Part shown: positions 26,600-40,416 of the stretch, piece after piece
Position numbering within the stretch: position 1 is the first letter of the stretch
Layout of the letters: the number at the start of each line of letters is the position of its first letter
Assembly: GCF_009914755.1 (NCBI RefSeq)
Contig: NC_060947.1
Origin: the human T2T-CHM13v2.0 reference genome, Homo sapiens
Length of the DNA: 64,000 bases
Strand: one strand, 5' to 3'
Program-made: the position numbers and the translations under genes
The notes under the pieces: model-generated
Told to the model about the DNA's origin: nothing
Databases searched by the model: none
Seen by the model: only the letters and a program-made list of their open reading frames with translations

Positions 26600-27430
26600 T
26601 TACTTTCAGGGTGTAGAGTAAGGGGTGAGGGAAGAAAGAAATACAGAACCAAGATCCTGCTCTCAAGAAGCTTACAGTGTACTTGGGTACAAAAAACATT
26701 AAGACAAAAAAATGGCTAATAATTATATAAGAGAATCACTACGAAGGGCCAATTGTGATACTTAGACACTGCTCAATAGACTCAGAGGAGGGAGCAATAA
26801 AAGACTGGGAAAGCTAGCAAGGCTTTAAAATGCCTGGTGCATACTAGACATGCAACATATATTTATTGGGTAAGGTAGAATTTGAGCTGGATCTCAAAGG
26901 ATAGATAATATTTTGAGAGGCAGTTTAGAATGGGAGCTATATTCTTGCTACAATACTGGTATAGGTAAATGCAGAGGAAGCAGAGGTTGTGTTGGGAGAC
27001 ACTGCAAATAGTTTTTCTAGAGCAGAGGATTTATAGAGAAAGATCATACTCAAAACGTTGTTGGTGCCAGATAATGGAAGGCCTAAGGTCCATGGGAAAA
27101 GGGTTTGAACTTTATCCTATAGGTAGTGGGGGAACTACTGAAGGTAGAAGGGTAATGTCAAGGGAGGATGAATCTAGTGACTATGTGCAGAATGGATTGA
27201 CAGGGAGAGACAGTAGGCAGTTGGACCAGCTCGGAGGCTTAGCTTGCGGATAAGGGCAGTAAGTAGGGTAATAGCAGTGGAAAATGCAGTAAGATAGGCA
27301 ATAACAAAATGCAGAATTCAAAAGAAGAGTGCTTAGTGACTTAATTATATATATGGGGCAAAGGAGCGGTGGAAGGTAGGATGACTTCAACTTCTAGCCC
27401 ATGAGACTGAGGAATAGTGGTGGCATTACC
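26600..27430 (-). mobile_element. L2 fragment
   Basis: CCTGCTCTCAAGAAGCTTACAGT..TTTGAGCTGGATCTCAAAGGAT..TTTGAACTTTATCCTATAGG. Confidence 0.7.
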
Positions 27431-28068
27431 ACAGATGTCTTTTATTTCTGCTTAGAAGTTGTTTAATGATGTCTTAGGCTGGTTTGCAAAAATATTAGTC
27501 TCAGTGCATTTCATATAATTATAACCTGAGACTCTGAGGTTTGAAGGGACCTAGAGATTCTAGACTGGTTTGTTTGAACTCTGGCCTGTAGGGGTCAACC
27601 CAAACTATGACAGATCAATTCCATTGTTTCCTGATTCATCTCTCTTGCTATTTCATTCAGATTTCAAGTCCGTGGATCCTGCCCCAAATTACCTTTCTAG
27701 GCAATCCATTCAGGGGCTAAATAACTTTTATCCATTGGCATGTTTTCTTCCTTACTTTTCTGTGTGGCATAGCCTGTCTGCCTGATATTAGCTCATGTCT
27801 TCATGCTTGTTTTGGCTTTTGAGAACTGCAGACATTTCAGGGACTGTGATTTGCTGCTTTTTTATACAACCATAGACAACTAATAAAAATGTTAGTTTTG
27901 TTTTGTTAATTTAAATAAAGGAGCACTTTCTGCCTCTAGATCAGGGCACAGGAAGACATTTTTCCCCCCTTTCCTCACAGGGGACTGGGTTCAGTAGTGT
28001 ATGCTTGCATGAATTCTTTGAAGAAAAAGAGATATCAGAGGAAGAGATGTGAAAGATTAAAAGAATAA

Positions 28069-28461
<393 letters not shown>

Positions 28462-29135
28462 TAATTGGAACAATGAAGTATTGGAAACTAGAGCCCAGAG
28501 ATCTTGGTGCTTGAAATTATAATATATCTTGCTTGTAGTGTATTTTAAAAAGCATTTTAATACTCCGTGATTAATTTGATCCTCACAACTTTCTTGCTGT
28601 CAGGTAGATAGCATTATATCTCAAGCCATGGAGAGGATAAATTACTCACCCAAGTTCACTGAGCATTTTAGCAAAAATGCCCTTTTTTAAAATTCTTCTT
28701 TCTTTTTCTCTGAAAAGGAAAGCCTATTTGCCAACCTTTGCTTTGGGCCACAATAGCCAGTCAGTCGACAAGTGTAGGGGGCAACTGGAAGAAAGATATA
28801 TTCCCTCCTGCAATGTGGAGACCATAGAGCTGCTACCAATTGTGCCAGCTTCATACACCTCTGACAGCTGGCTTCCAAAATGCAAAGGAAGTAAGTACCT
28901 GGAGTCTTTGGCTCAACTTCTCAGAATGGGAGCCAAGCCTCTGGCTTGTCCATAATCATTGACTGACTTTCCCTAAGCATCTAGAAATGTATCAGGAATA
29001 ATCTCTCTACTGAAAAGTTTAGGAATGAGTATTTGAAAGGGAAGGCATCTCTCTTTTATCCTAAGACCTACAGAGTTTCCTTTCATCATAGGATGGATCA
29101 AATCATGATCTGTGTGAGTTTAAAAGAAAAGATTA

Positions 29136-29442
29136 GGCCGGGTGCAGTGGCTCACGCCTGTAATCCCAGCACTTTGGGAGGCTGAGGCGGGCGGATCACG
29201 AGGTCAGGAGATCGAGACCATCCTGGCTAACACGGTGAAACCCTGTCTCTACTAAAAATACAAAAAATTAGCCAGGCATGGTGGTGGGCACCTGTAGTCC
29301 CAGCTACTCAGGGGGCTGAGGCAGGAGAATGGCGTGAACCCGGGAGGCAGAGCTTACAGTGAGCCATGATCGCACCACTGCAGTGTACTCCAGCCTGGGA
29401 GACCAGCGAGACTACGTCTCAAAAAAAAAAAAAAAACAAAAA
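29136..29442 (+). mobile_element. AluY
   Basis: GGATCACGAGGTCAGGAGATCGAGACCATCCTGGCTAACACGG; AGAATGGCGTGAACCC; poly(A). Confidence 0.95.
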
Positions 29443-29479
29443 GGTTATTTTCATTCACACATTCACACACTTGGTTTCA

Positions 29480-30600
29480 ATGACTGATCTTGCACAGCAA
29501 TGAATCAAATCTGATTTCTTATATCTCTCTCCTGAGTTTAACATCTATGTGTCAAACTGCCTACTGAGCATCACCACTGGTATATAATCCCTCCACACAT
29601 ACCTTAAACTCAACATACTCAATACCAAATTTATCATCACGCTTATCTTAACCTACCTCACATATTTCGTATTCATTTTTGGCAACACCATCTATCCAGT
29701 TTCCCAGGCCAGAAAACTGGGAGTCATTCTTGAATCCTCCTTTTCCCTTATTCTTCCACATCCTATCACCAAGAGCTATCAATACAGCCTCTAACAATCT
29801 CTATCCTCGATTTAGGATATTGCCTTCAAACCTCCGTTTTCTGGTCTCCTTGGCTTCATGGTCTCTTCCATCTTTCCCTTGAGTATTATGACATTTCCAT
29901 AACACAAATTTGATTGTCATAACTTTGTCCTACTTAAAAGTTTGCTGATGGGGCCAGGCCCAGTGGCTCACGCCTGTAATCCTAGCACTTTGGGAGACAG
30001 AGGCGGGTGGATTGTTTGAGGTCAGGAATTCAAGAGCAGCTAGGCCAACATGGCGAAAACTCATCTCTACAAAAAATATAAAAAATTAGCTGGGAGTGGT
30101 GGTGTGCTAAGGCTGAGGCACAAGAATTGCTTCAGCCTGGGAGGCAGAGCTTTCAGTGAGCTGAGATGGCACCACTGAATTCCAGCCTGGATGACAGAGC
30201 AAGACTCTATTTCCAAAAAGAAAAAAAAAAAAAGTTGGCTGATGGTTCTGCTCTGGCTGTAGGATCAAGTTTGAATTGACCAGTAGGTTCCTGCCTAGCT
30301 CTCCAAAGGTACCTCTGGCTACCATGTGCATATCCTAGACTCCAACCACACCAACTACCTGTCCCCAGACAGCTCTGACTTTCCTCATGCCTTTCTCTTG
30401 GCCTAGAATACCTCCACCTGATGGCCGTTCTCTGCTTGTGAATACCTACTTCTCCTTCAAGTCCCAGCTCTTATGTTACATCCCTTCTGTACAGCGTTCC
30501 CTGACTTCTTCAGGCAGAACCAAACCCTTCTGCTTCTGTGTTCCTATAGCACAGAATCATCTACAGTTCTGCACATACATTGAAAATAGCTCCTGTCTCA
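29480..30600 (+). mobile_element. L2 fragment interrupted by an Alu
   Basis: AACTGCCTACTGAGCATC..CCTTAAACTCAACAT..CCAGGCCAGAAAACTGGGAGTCATTCTTGA..TCCTTCAAGTCCCAGCTC. Confidence 0.7.
29952..30233 (+). mobile_element. Alu (Jb/Sx-like) with approx 25-nt internal deletion in the right arm
   Basis: TSD AAAAGTT(T/G)GCTGATGG at 29936-29951 and 30230-30245; GGTGTGC joins directly to TAAGGCTGAGGCA. Confidence 0.9.
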
Positions 30601-30864
30601 AACTATTGCAATTATTTTATTTGGCATTTGGTTGTTTTCATTGAATACTCATGAAATCTATATTTCATTAATGAATTCATTTAATCATTCAGCCCCTGTG
30701 TTAGGCCCTGGGAATACGGTGTACGGTGGTGAACCAGAAAGGTCTGGCCCTGGCCTTCATGGTGCCTACCATCAATGCTTAGACTGGTAGGGGATACCCA
30801 CCAATAAATATCAAATATCAACAGAACATGGTAGGTGTAGAGTTTGAATGTAAGTTGTCAGGAA

Positions 30865-31120
30865 GCATATCATAGAGGTGAAAAGCATGGTCTCTTCTCC
30901 AGAATTGGGCTAGCCTGTGTTTGAATCCTGGTTTCACCATTTATTAGTTATGCTATTTCAGGCAATTTACCTAATGTCCCTGTCTCTTGTTTTCCTCATC
31001 TGTAAAATGGGAATTATTATAGTCTTTATCTCAGAGGGCTGTGATGAGGGTTATGAGAGTCAATATTTGTAAAGCACTTAGTGTCTGGAATATGCCAAGT
31101 GTTTAATAAAATGAATTAAA
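30865..31120 (+). mobile_element. MIR (near full length)
   Basis: TTTGAATCCTGG..TTTCCTCATCTGTAAAATGGGAAT..GTAAAGCACTTAG. Confidence 0.88.
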
Positions 31121-32249
31121 TAAAATTTAGGGCAGAGTACAAAGAAACTTAAATTTCTCAGTTTGAGGGATAATGTGGCTGGCCTTGTTTTCTCCTTACC
31201 AGTTCTGATTTTACTTGTTCATACATGATCTTCCCCTTTCTGTCACTTTCAGTTCAGGGTTTATTTAATAAAAGCAAAGAGAAGGAAATCGTGAGAATGG
31301 CCTTTCAGGGTAATTATACAGCCCGGCATCTTACCACCCTCTCAACTAACTTCCCACACATATCCGGAGCTTCAGCTTTGCCCAGGGTCAGTCACCTCTG
31401 TAGTGGCTAGGGCTAAGTCATGACCTGATAAGTGGGCCTTAGGTATTTCTGTCCTATTAGCAGTCCTTTCTCTCTTCCATTCCTCACTAGAGGTGACTCT
31501 TCACCCATTCCTGCCTGCTTTCATCACAGAAGACTTTGGGGGGTCCCTGGAACTTGTAGGTAGATATTTTGCAGGGTCCCCAATAGCCTCTAGCCAGCTG
31601 GAGTCCTTGGCCCCAGCCATTCCTTCCCTTGTCACCTCTCTTACTCTGACTGCCACCCCTGTGGGGCCTCTGAATCCAGTAGTGTCAGGAAGCAGGATAG
31701 GGGAGAAGATAAAATATAGCTAATAGCCTCAGTAATTATTTATAGATTGCTTTATTTATTCCTCGAGACAACTATTTTGCCATATTGCTGGACTGTGTGT
31801 CTGCCGTCTCAGCTTTGTCAGGCCAATTATGTCACTGCTTTAATGACTCCAGAGTCTTGTCACTGAGAGGTCATCCTAATTGTCTCTGCTACCCTAGGTT
31901 GGTGGCAGGACTTCCGTATCTGTCTGGAGGCTACAGCTGGCCAGAGGGAAGGCATTCAGTCTCAGAAGAGCCTTGCCCTCTGCCAACTGCCCACCTCCAC
32001 TGCTCTCAGATCAGAGCCCTTGAAACCTACTGCTGGCCCCAGGGAGAGCTACTAAATGCTTCCACTTTGCCAGAGATGAGAAGAGAGGCAGACTCAGAGA
32101 GGAAGCATGGCAGGTGCATTAAATGCTCCACTTAACAGTGAAGGGGATGGGAGGAACGCCAGGTGCATCTCTCCTGGCCATTTAGCTGTCAAGGTCACTG
32201 CATCCTCGAGCCTCCTCTGAGAAGTTAACCGAATCCTTGATGATCACTT

Positions 32250-33640
32250 AGATCTGGGCATTGATTTATAAGCATGTTCACACACATTTCTTTCTTCTTA
32301 CACTTAGAACTATCTGGTAAGGTAGATGATATGATCACTCCATTTTACAGGTGAAGAAACTGAGGCATAGACAGGTTAGGAAATTTGCCATAATATTGGA
32401 AGTCTGACCTTGTCATTCTAAATGGATGCTCTTTTCACCATTCCAGGAATGTCTCTTCTGTCTGTCCTGCTCCTGCACTTTCAAAATGGGTAGAGATGGG
32501 CTGCTTTTGCAACCTACTCTTTATGTGCCCCTCTCTCCATTTATAATATCTTTCCTGCTGTCTGTAGTTTGTTCTAGCTATCCAGGAAGACTGAACAGTG
32601 TCCTGCACTTGAAATCTCCCTCTTTCCTGCTTCCAGAGAGAAAAAGCACTGAATAATTTAATTCATACTGTTGCTCTGATTGCTTATTCTTGGTAGCAGG
32701 CATTGTATGCATGTCATAGGGAGTTCACCTTTTGAACAAGGGCTGAAGCTTAAAAGGACAAAGCTTGAATGATAGGGATTCATACACCAAGGTTGGGTGA
32801 TTGTGGGGAGAAGAAAGTATTTTGGGTATGAAGATGGCCAGAACTCTCTATTTTTGAATGCTAGTCACTTGCTACAGGGGCAAACAAAGAGCTTGAGGTT
32901 CTGGCTTCTGACATCTGCCTGCGAGGGGCCCAGTCAGCACTGCTGCCTTCTGGCTGGTGAGCATCAGGGAAACACACACATCATCAGCACAGCCTGCATT
33001 GCTGGGACCATGTGGAACACTCTATTCTGAGTACCAGACCAAACTGCTTTCAGAGAATATAATTAGGAAGAGCCCTGGGTTGCAAGTAGAGGGCCTTGGG
33101 TTCTCATTCCAGGTTTTCTGTTGCTTCACTGGGTAAATGCCTTTACCTCTCAGGTACTTTTCCCTGTCTTTAAAAAGAGATGATGCTCTCTGAAAAGGGA
33201 AATGAATACTATAGTATTCGAAAAGTATTGTATACTTTTTACACACAGTATCTTGTAGGATCAGCCAAGTCTACCTTAAACTGAGAAGAAAGAAATGGGC
33301 TCAGAGAGGTGATGTGACTTGCCCAAGGTCTTATGACTCATAAGTGTCAGAGCCAGGCTTCAAGCCTAATACATGCTTCAAGTTCTTTATATGTTAAATG
33401 AGGATGATGAGGATGAGGATGGCAGCTAATGAGAGCTTATTATGAGCCAGACTCTATGCTAAGCACTATTATTTAATCCTCCCAACAACTCTATTAGGAC
33501 AACACTACTATTATCCTTAGTTTATGAATGCTAAAAGTTGAGGTTCAGAGTGGCTTAGTGTTTTGCTTAAGGTCACACTCCTAGTAAGTAGCAGGGCTAG
33601 GACTCTTGACTCCCAGTATAGTGCTTTTGACACCATACTA
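32250..33640. mobile_element. Cluster of four MIR copies (approx 32250-32420 minus, 33060-33190 plus, 33210-33370 minus, 33420-33640 minus)
   Basis: Repeated MIR cores, e.g. CATTTTACAGGTGAAGAAACTGAGGC and GGCTCAGAGAGGTGATGTGACTTGCCCAAGGTC. Confidence 0.75.
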
Positions 33641-35239
33641 GTCTGCTTAAAATGCTGGATGGGAAAGTGCTTTGGGCATGTGTGTGCTATCTGAATGTAA
33701 ACTGGCACTCCATATCCTTTTAGCAGACCTCCAGATGAGCCTGGAAGCCTCTAAGGGGAATGCATACTTGTCTGAGTCCCAGGACAAAAGGTCAGGGTAA
33801 GATGGGGAAATGCCTACGGGAGGCCTGTTTTCCCCAGCAGAAGGTGCATGCTCTCTAGAGGAAGTCTGAATGGAATCTTCAGAGCTGCCCTGGCTAAGTT
33901 CTAGCTGAGCTGCAAGCCTCCAGGGGGCCCAGTGGGCACCTTTTTAGGAAAACTTGTTCCATTTCTTCCTTGCCATCTCAACTTCTAGCTAAAGCATTTG
34001 TTCTCTGAATCTGTAGCCTCCTCAGACAACGTCTCCTTCCCTGACTTCTGCTCTGCCTTTAGTTTGCCCAGACAGGAGTTGGCCTGTTAGCCCTGTAACT
34101 TTACCCCTGGAGTCTCAAGGGAGCCAAACCCAGCACACCAGCCATTGTAGCATTTTATTTGGATTTATCCTGGACACCATAAAGCTTGTGTCCTGCATCT
34201 CTCAAATTAATAGGGATTTTATGGCTAGGCTCAGGGAGTCCTGAAAGGTACTCAGACTCTGTAGCACTAGCCCCCATCCTTCAGCAGTATCATTCTCTCT
34301 CCACAAAAGTCACAGTTTATGTTCCTCCTCAGAGCTTTCCAATGTACCGTCTGTCTCTGTTACGTTGCAATGAGATTTCAGGGAAAGAAATCCAGAAATG
34401 TCTGGGGAGGCTGTGCCATTGTGCAAACATAATACGACACCAGGCAGGATAAAGATGAGCAAGCTGCAGAGCCTTTTGACAAGACCAGGGTCCCAGAGGC
34501 AGTGGTTCCAATGACAGGCTGGTATGGGATTCAAATGTTTGCCAATGGTGGCATTAACTTTTCCAAGTATTTCAACACAACTAAAAGTCATGACTTAACT
34601 CACCCCTCTAGTTTCTGGATTTCTTCTTTCAGGTTTTTCAGCACTTCTAGAGTAATTCACATGGTTGTGCAGATTGACGCCGCCAAGTTCGATTTTCCAA
34701 GCTCCATCAAGCCCACAGGGCCATTTCATACATATTCCCCTTTGGAATCTCCTGGGCCAATTTCTTTCTGAAAGTTCCATAGCCAGTGTTCCATCAAGTT
34801 CCCCTATCCATGCCCCATAACAGAAAAGCTTGTCTCCAACCTTATAGAGGAAAGAGTCTTTGAGATATGAATCTCCCCCACCCCACGTAAAATCTTATAT
34901 TTGCATCCAACTCGATTTTATTTCTTGAGGAAGAATTATTCCTGCTCCTTTCTAAGGTTAATCTCTGATCTCTACTCTTGATCTTCCTACCTCATCAGGT
35001 TGTTGTTTCATTTTCTTTCCTCCTAGATTCTCAATCTTCATTCACTTCTCCCTTTCCCTGAGTTCAAGTCTCTCCACTAAAACTGAAAACTGCCCCCCCC
35101 CAAAGTTACTTCCTCCTCCATCCTCAAATCCACTGTGAAAATTTTCAAAAGTATAGTTTCTATTTGTATAGACATCATCTCCAATTCCTTTTGCCACCTA
35201 TTGAAATTTGGCTTCATTTCTACCATATCAAAAGTCAAC

Positions 35240-35845
<606 letters not shown>

Positions 35846-36166
35846 AAGGGCTGGCTAACTTATTCTGTAAAGGGCTAAATAGAGAAGATTTTAGGGTTTT
35901 TGTGCCATATGCTCTCTGTTGCCAGGCTCTGCCATTGTAGTAGGAAAGCTGTCATAGACAATACATAAATGTATCAGAATGACAGTGTTCCAATAATATC
36001 TATAGACACTGAAATTTGAGTTTCATATAACTTTTACATCATGAAATGTATTTTCTTTTGATTTTTTCCAGGCATTAAAAATGTGAAGACCACTTTTAGC
36101 TTGAGGCCACACCAAAACAGATGGTAGGCCCAATTTTGCCCATGGCTTGTGGTTTTCTGTCCCCTG
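35846..36166. mobile_element. MER58B-like (hAT-Charlie)
   Basis: TTCTGTAAAGGGC..CTCTGCCATTGTAG..AGACAATACATAAATG..GACACTGAAATTTGAGTTTCATATAA..CCCCTG. Confidence 0.85.
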
Positions 36167-36179
36167 TCCTAACTACTGC

Positions 36180-37000
36180 ATTGTTCAAAGCCCCTTGAAT
36201 TGTCAAATCCAATGGCTGCAGCTCTTAATGCTGCTAATATCCATTCCCCTTTTTGGGCATTCTCTCCTCAGTGACTTTAAGGCCATCACTCACTCCTAGT
36301 TTTCCTTCTATCTCTATGATTGCTGTTATTCTCTTCTGAAAGATTCTTTTCTCCGACTTACCTCTGAAATATTGGTATTTTCAAGGATCAGTAGCTGACC
36401 TATTTTACTCTGCTCTGCTAGAGTAAGTGACTCTACTTCTAAGACTACTAACACTCACTCTTAGTATGGTAACGAGGAGCACGAACTTTGGATCTGTACT
36501 TGCCTGGGTTTGGATCTTGTCTCCAATAGATACCACTTGTGTGACCTTGGGCATGAGACCTCTCTGAGCCTTGGTTTTAGTCCTTTTGTTAGATGAGGAT
36601 AAAAACAGCATTTCCTTCATAAGGTTGTTGTGAAGGTTAAATGATTTACTATTTGGAAAACTCTTAGAACCATGCCTTTGATAGAGTATATGCTTCATAA
36701 GTATTTGTCATCATCACTGCTATTATTGTCCTGTTATTATGGGATAATGACTCCCTAATCTATATCTACAGCTCAGACTTCTATTTTGAGTTCTAAACCC
36801 ATTTAACTAACTGCTTGTTTAACATCTGTGCTTGGATGTCACACTGGCACCTTTACTTCAACATGTCCCAAACATAACTCATCATCCCTTTTCTACCCTC
36901 CTATCACCTCACCCTAACCTGCTATTTTTCTTCTATCACTTTATTCTTGTTAAAAGCATCACTGTCCACTCAATCACTTAACTGAGAAAGCTGGGAGTTG
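36180..37000 (+). mobile_element. L2 fragments interrupted by a MIR
   Basis: TGTCAAATCCAATGG..GACTCCCTAATCTATATCTACAGCTCAGAC..TCAACATGTCCCAAAC. Confidence 0.65.
36460..36730 (+). mobile_element. MIR
   Basis: CTGGGTTTGGATC..TGTGTGACCTTGGGCA..CTCTCTGAGCCT..GGTTGTTGTGAAGGTTAAATGA. Confidence 0.85.
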
Positions 37001-37601
37001 AGTTTTATGTCAGAAAAAAATGACATGAAACTTCCAACTTTAAAGCTAAGATGAGACTGAGTTGGGACTTGAGTTTAGCTATGTGGGTGATTTGAACATT
37101 TTTCCTCTCTTACCTTTCCTTATCTTCCTTCACTCTTGTCAGATCGATCTCTCTCTCTCTCTTAAACTTGGTGTGCCCATTTCTAACTCTTCACCTTTGA
37201 TCATATAATTCTTCTCATCTGAAATGTGCTCCTTGTTATTTTTCCAAATGTCACTCATCATTCAAGGGCTAAAATACTTATGAAGACTTCCTGTCTTTTC
37301 TAGTCAACAAAATAAGGTATATTTGAAACTGATAATTTATATTTTAAAATTGAATGTCATTATTATATATTTCATACTTTATAATGCTTTCTGTCCTGAG
37401 TCTATAAGTTGTACTGAGCAGGGCGTGTTCTTCTTGTGAATTCCCTGTAGTGCCTTGCACAGGTCTCTTTTTGCCTTCAATCATTCTTCCTGTGGCTCTT
37501 CTGCCCCCACTAATCATGGGCCACAGATTAAACCTTAACTATCTGCTTTTGTCTCTCTTCTTTCTTTCTTGGAGATTTTACATGTATTTCTTAGAGATAA
37601 A

Positions 37602-37912
37602 TTTTTGTTTGTTTGTTTGTTTGTTTTTTAGAGACGGAGTCTCACTCTGTTGCCCAGGCTGGAGTACAGTGGCATGATCTCAGCTCACTGTAACCTCCAC
37701 CTCCTGAGTTCAAGCAATTCTCCTGCCTCAGCCTCCTGAGTAGCTGAGACTACAGGCACGTGCCACCATGCCCGGCTAATTTTTGTAATTTTAGTAGAGA
37801 CGGGGTTTCACCATGTTGGTCAGGCTGGTCTCGAACTCCTGACCTCAGGCGATCCATCTGCCTTGGCCTCCCAAAGTGGTGGGATTACAGATGTGAGCCA
37901 CCATGCCCAGCC
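37602..37912 (-). mobile_element. AluS (Sx/Sq/Sp-like)
   Basis: Full dimer in reverse complement with (TTTG)n tail; TSD approx AGAGATAAA. Confidence 0.94.
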
Positions 37913-38324
37913 CAGAGATAAAAATTGTTATATCTGTGACTTTCTAAATTTTCATTTCATCCCTAAACTTTCTCTTGAGCTCCAGTGTCACATCTAAAAT
38001 TTTCTGGTAGTCATTTTCAAATGACTCCAAGCCTCACACTGACTCCAAGCTTCATTTTCACTAGAATGTCTCACACTGACTCCGCGCTTAATCTTATATC
38101 AAAGCTTATTACCAACTTATTATCTTCCTCGCCTTATTATCTCACCTCGCCTTCACATTTTCTTATGGCACCACTTCTCTGTTACCTAGCAAGGAGGTAA
38201 AACTTGCAGTCATCTCTGACTACCTTCATCACACATCACACAGCCATTCAACATTATTGTTTCTTTACAGTGTATTTTATACCCCATCCTTTCCAAGTGC
38301 ACCACTACAGTAACAACAGCAATA

Positions 38325-38545
38325 ACAACAGTATAACAGTTAACGTGCACATGTTTACTCTGGCCAGGTACTGGGCTAAGTGCTTTGTACATGTAACTCA
38401 TTTCAACTTCACAGTATTCTTTTAAGGCAGGTACTTTTAGTTTTTTCTTTTCATAGAAGAGAAAACTAAGGCTCAGAGTGGCACAGTTAAAATCACACGT
38501 AGACGAATTTGGACCTAGATTCTGTACCTAACCACAGTGCTACTC
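38325..38545 (-). mobile_element. MIR
   Basis: CCAGGTACTGGGCTAAGTGCTTT..AGAAGAGAAAACTAAGGCTCAGAG. Confidence 0.7.
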
Positions 38546-38561
38546 TTCATGCCTAAATTTC

Positions 38562-38724
38562 CTTTTGTTTTTTTTGAAGGCCATATCAGTTATTTTTATT
38601 TGAGTAGCAAAGTTCTGTTTATCATCTTTATTTTTATTTTATTATATATATATATATATTTTTTATTGGGACATGGATGAAGCTGGAAACCATCATTCTC
38701 AGCAAACTATCGCAAGGACAAAAA
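38562..38724 (-). mobile_element. Short L1PA-mediated insertion: inverted 57-bp L1 piece, A-rich tail, 3' transduced segment, second poly(A)
   Basis: TSD GCCTAAATTTC at 38551-38561 and 38725-38735; L1PA sequence GGGACATGGATGAAGCTGGAAACC.. at 38668-38724; two T-rich tracts flank a unique 51-nt segment containing minus-strand AATAAA. Confidence 0.8.
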
Positions 38725-39599
38725 GCCTAAATTTCTATAATTGCTTCCTAACTGGTATGCCTGCCATTGCTTGCTCCTCCACCAATCCGGAATTCCTACA
38801 CACCATTTCCAGAATAATCATTCCCAAATGGGTTATCATTATTTCTTTTTTTAAAATCTCCAAATCCTTTCGTATCTTCCTTTCATCCACTAAATTAAAT
38901 CCAGCACAGCCTGAACATCTAAAGGCCTCTACAGACTGAACTTCCCCACTCTATCTCCTGGAAGTACCTGCCTGTTTCCATGAATGGCTTAAAGCATGAT
39001 GCCCTACTTGGCCACACCAGGATTTCACTTCATGTTTGCTCCCATCATCCCACTCACTTCTGACCATGTCGAAAGTTCCTAGAGGGAAAAGGAAGGGCAT
39101 GCCTGTTTGCATTCCCAACAGTGCCTTCCACCTGGTGCACACTGAGCGAATATTCGCCAAGTGATTGATATTAGGGGCTCAATTACCACTTTGAGGATTG
39201 AGCTGTTTAATTACTCCTTAACACTCTCTTGTTTCTATCCTTCCAACTAGCCCTCTCATTTTCCTCTTTCTTGGCATAACTGCCCCGTAACAAATGTGAA
39301 AATCCTCTCTTTTGCAACATCAAACATCCTGCGACAATCTTCTTTACCTACCCATCACTACTTCATCAGCCTTTTCCTAGATGTATAAACAAATATACAT
39401 TTTATATTCCTGTCAATCTTTCTTCATTGTTTGGTCTTTATCATTAGACTAAAAGCTACTAAAAAAATTTCTGGTGATGACCACTATGTAAAGATGACAA
39501 CAATCAAAAGGATAACGTTTTCTGTTCGTTCTTGAGGTTAAATATTTTATGTGAGTTACAAACTTTCAGGCCACGTTCAGCATAATGTAGGCCAACAGG

Positions 39600-39800
39600 G
39601 AAAATTCAAGATTTGGAGGAAGAGTGACCTGTGTTCCAACCCTGCCTCCACCACTCACAAGCTGCGCAATGTTAAACATACCAGTTAACTTGTCTGATCC
39701 TGTTTCCTCACCTGTTAAATGGGAATAATAATAATACCTATCATATAGAAACTGTAGTGAATGTCATTTAAAACCCCATATTTGTAGCACTCAACACACA
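39600..39800 (+). mobile_element. MIR (interrupted at its 3' end by an MLT1 LTR)
   Basis: CTGTTTCCTCACCTGTTAAATGGGAATAATAATAATACCTA. Confidence 0.8.
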
Positions 39801-39806
39801 GAAGAT

Positions 39807-40416
39807 TATGGTAGACAAGATATGGCCAACCTGTAAATATGTCAACACCCTTATCCCCAGAACCTGTGAATATGATATGTTACATGGTGAAAAAGATTTT
39901 TCAGATATAATTGAAGTTGCTAATTAGCAGACCTTAAAATAGGAGATAATCCTGGATTATGTCAGTGGGCCCAATGTAAGCACAAAACAAAGCAGAAGAG
40001 GAAGGCAGAACAGTCAACCAGAGAGAGATGCAAAGGGAGAAGAGACAGGAGTTGGCCAGCTGAGTTCCCCCTCATCAAACAGGCCCTTGCTGGCTTTGAA
40101 GTCAGAGGAATGGGGCCATGCACTAAGGAATGTGGGTTGTCTCTAGAAGTTAGGAATGATAGCCACCAAAGAAATTAGGACTTCAGTTTTGTAACATCAA
40201 GGAAGTGAATTAGGCCAACAATCTGAGTAAGTGAGGAAGTAGATTCTCTGCTAGAGCCTCCAGAAGGGAAGGCAGTCCTGCTGAAACCTTGATTTTAGCA
40301 CAGTGATCCCTGTGTCAGACTTCAGAACTACAGAACTATAACGATAATAAATTTGTGTTGTTTTAAATTGATAAGGTTGTGAGAATTTGTTATGGCAGCA
40401 ATAGAAAACTAATATA
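39807..40416 (+). mobile_element. MLT1E-like MaLR solo LTR
   Basis: CCCAGAACCTGTGAATATG..ATAATCCTGGATTAT..CTAGAGCCTCCAGAAGGGAA..GCAGCAATAGAAAACTAATATA; perfect TSD AAGAT (39802-39806, 40417-40421). Confidence 0.9.
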
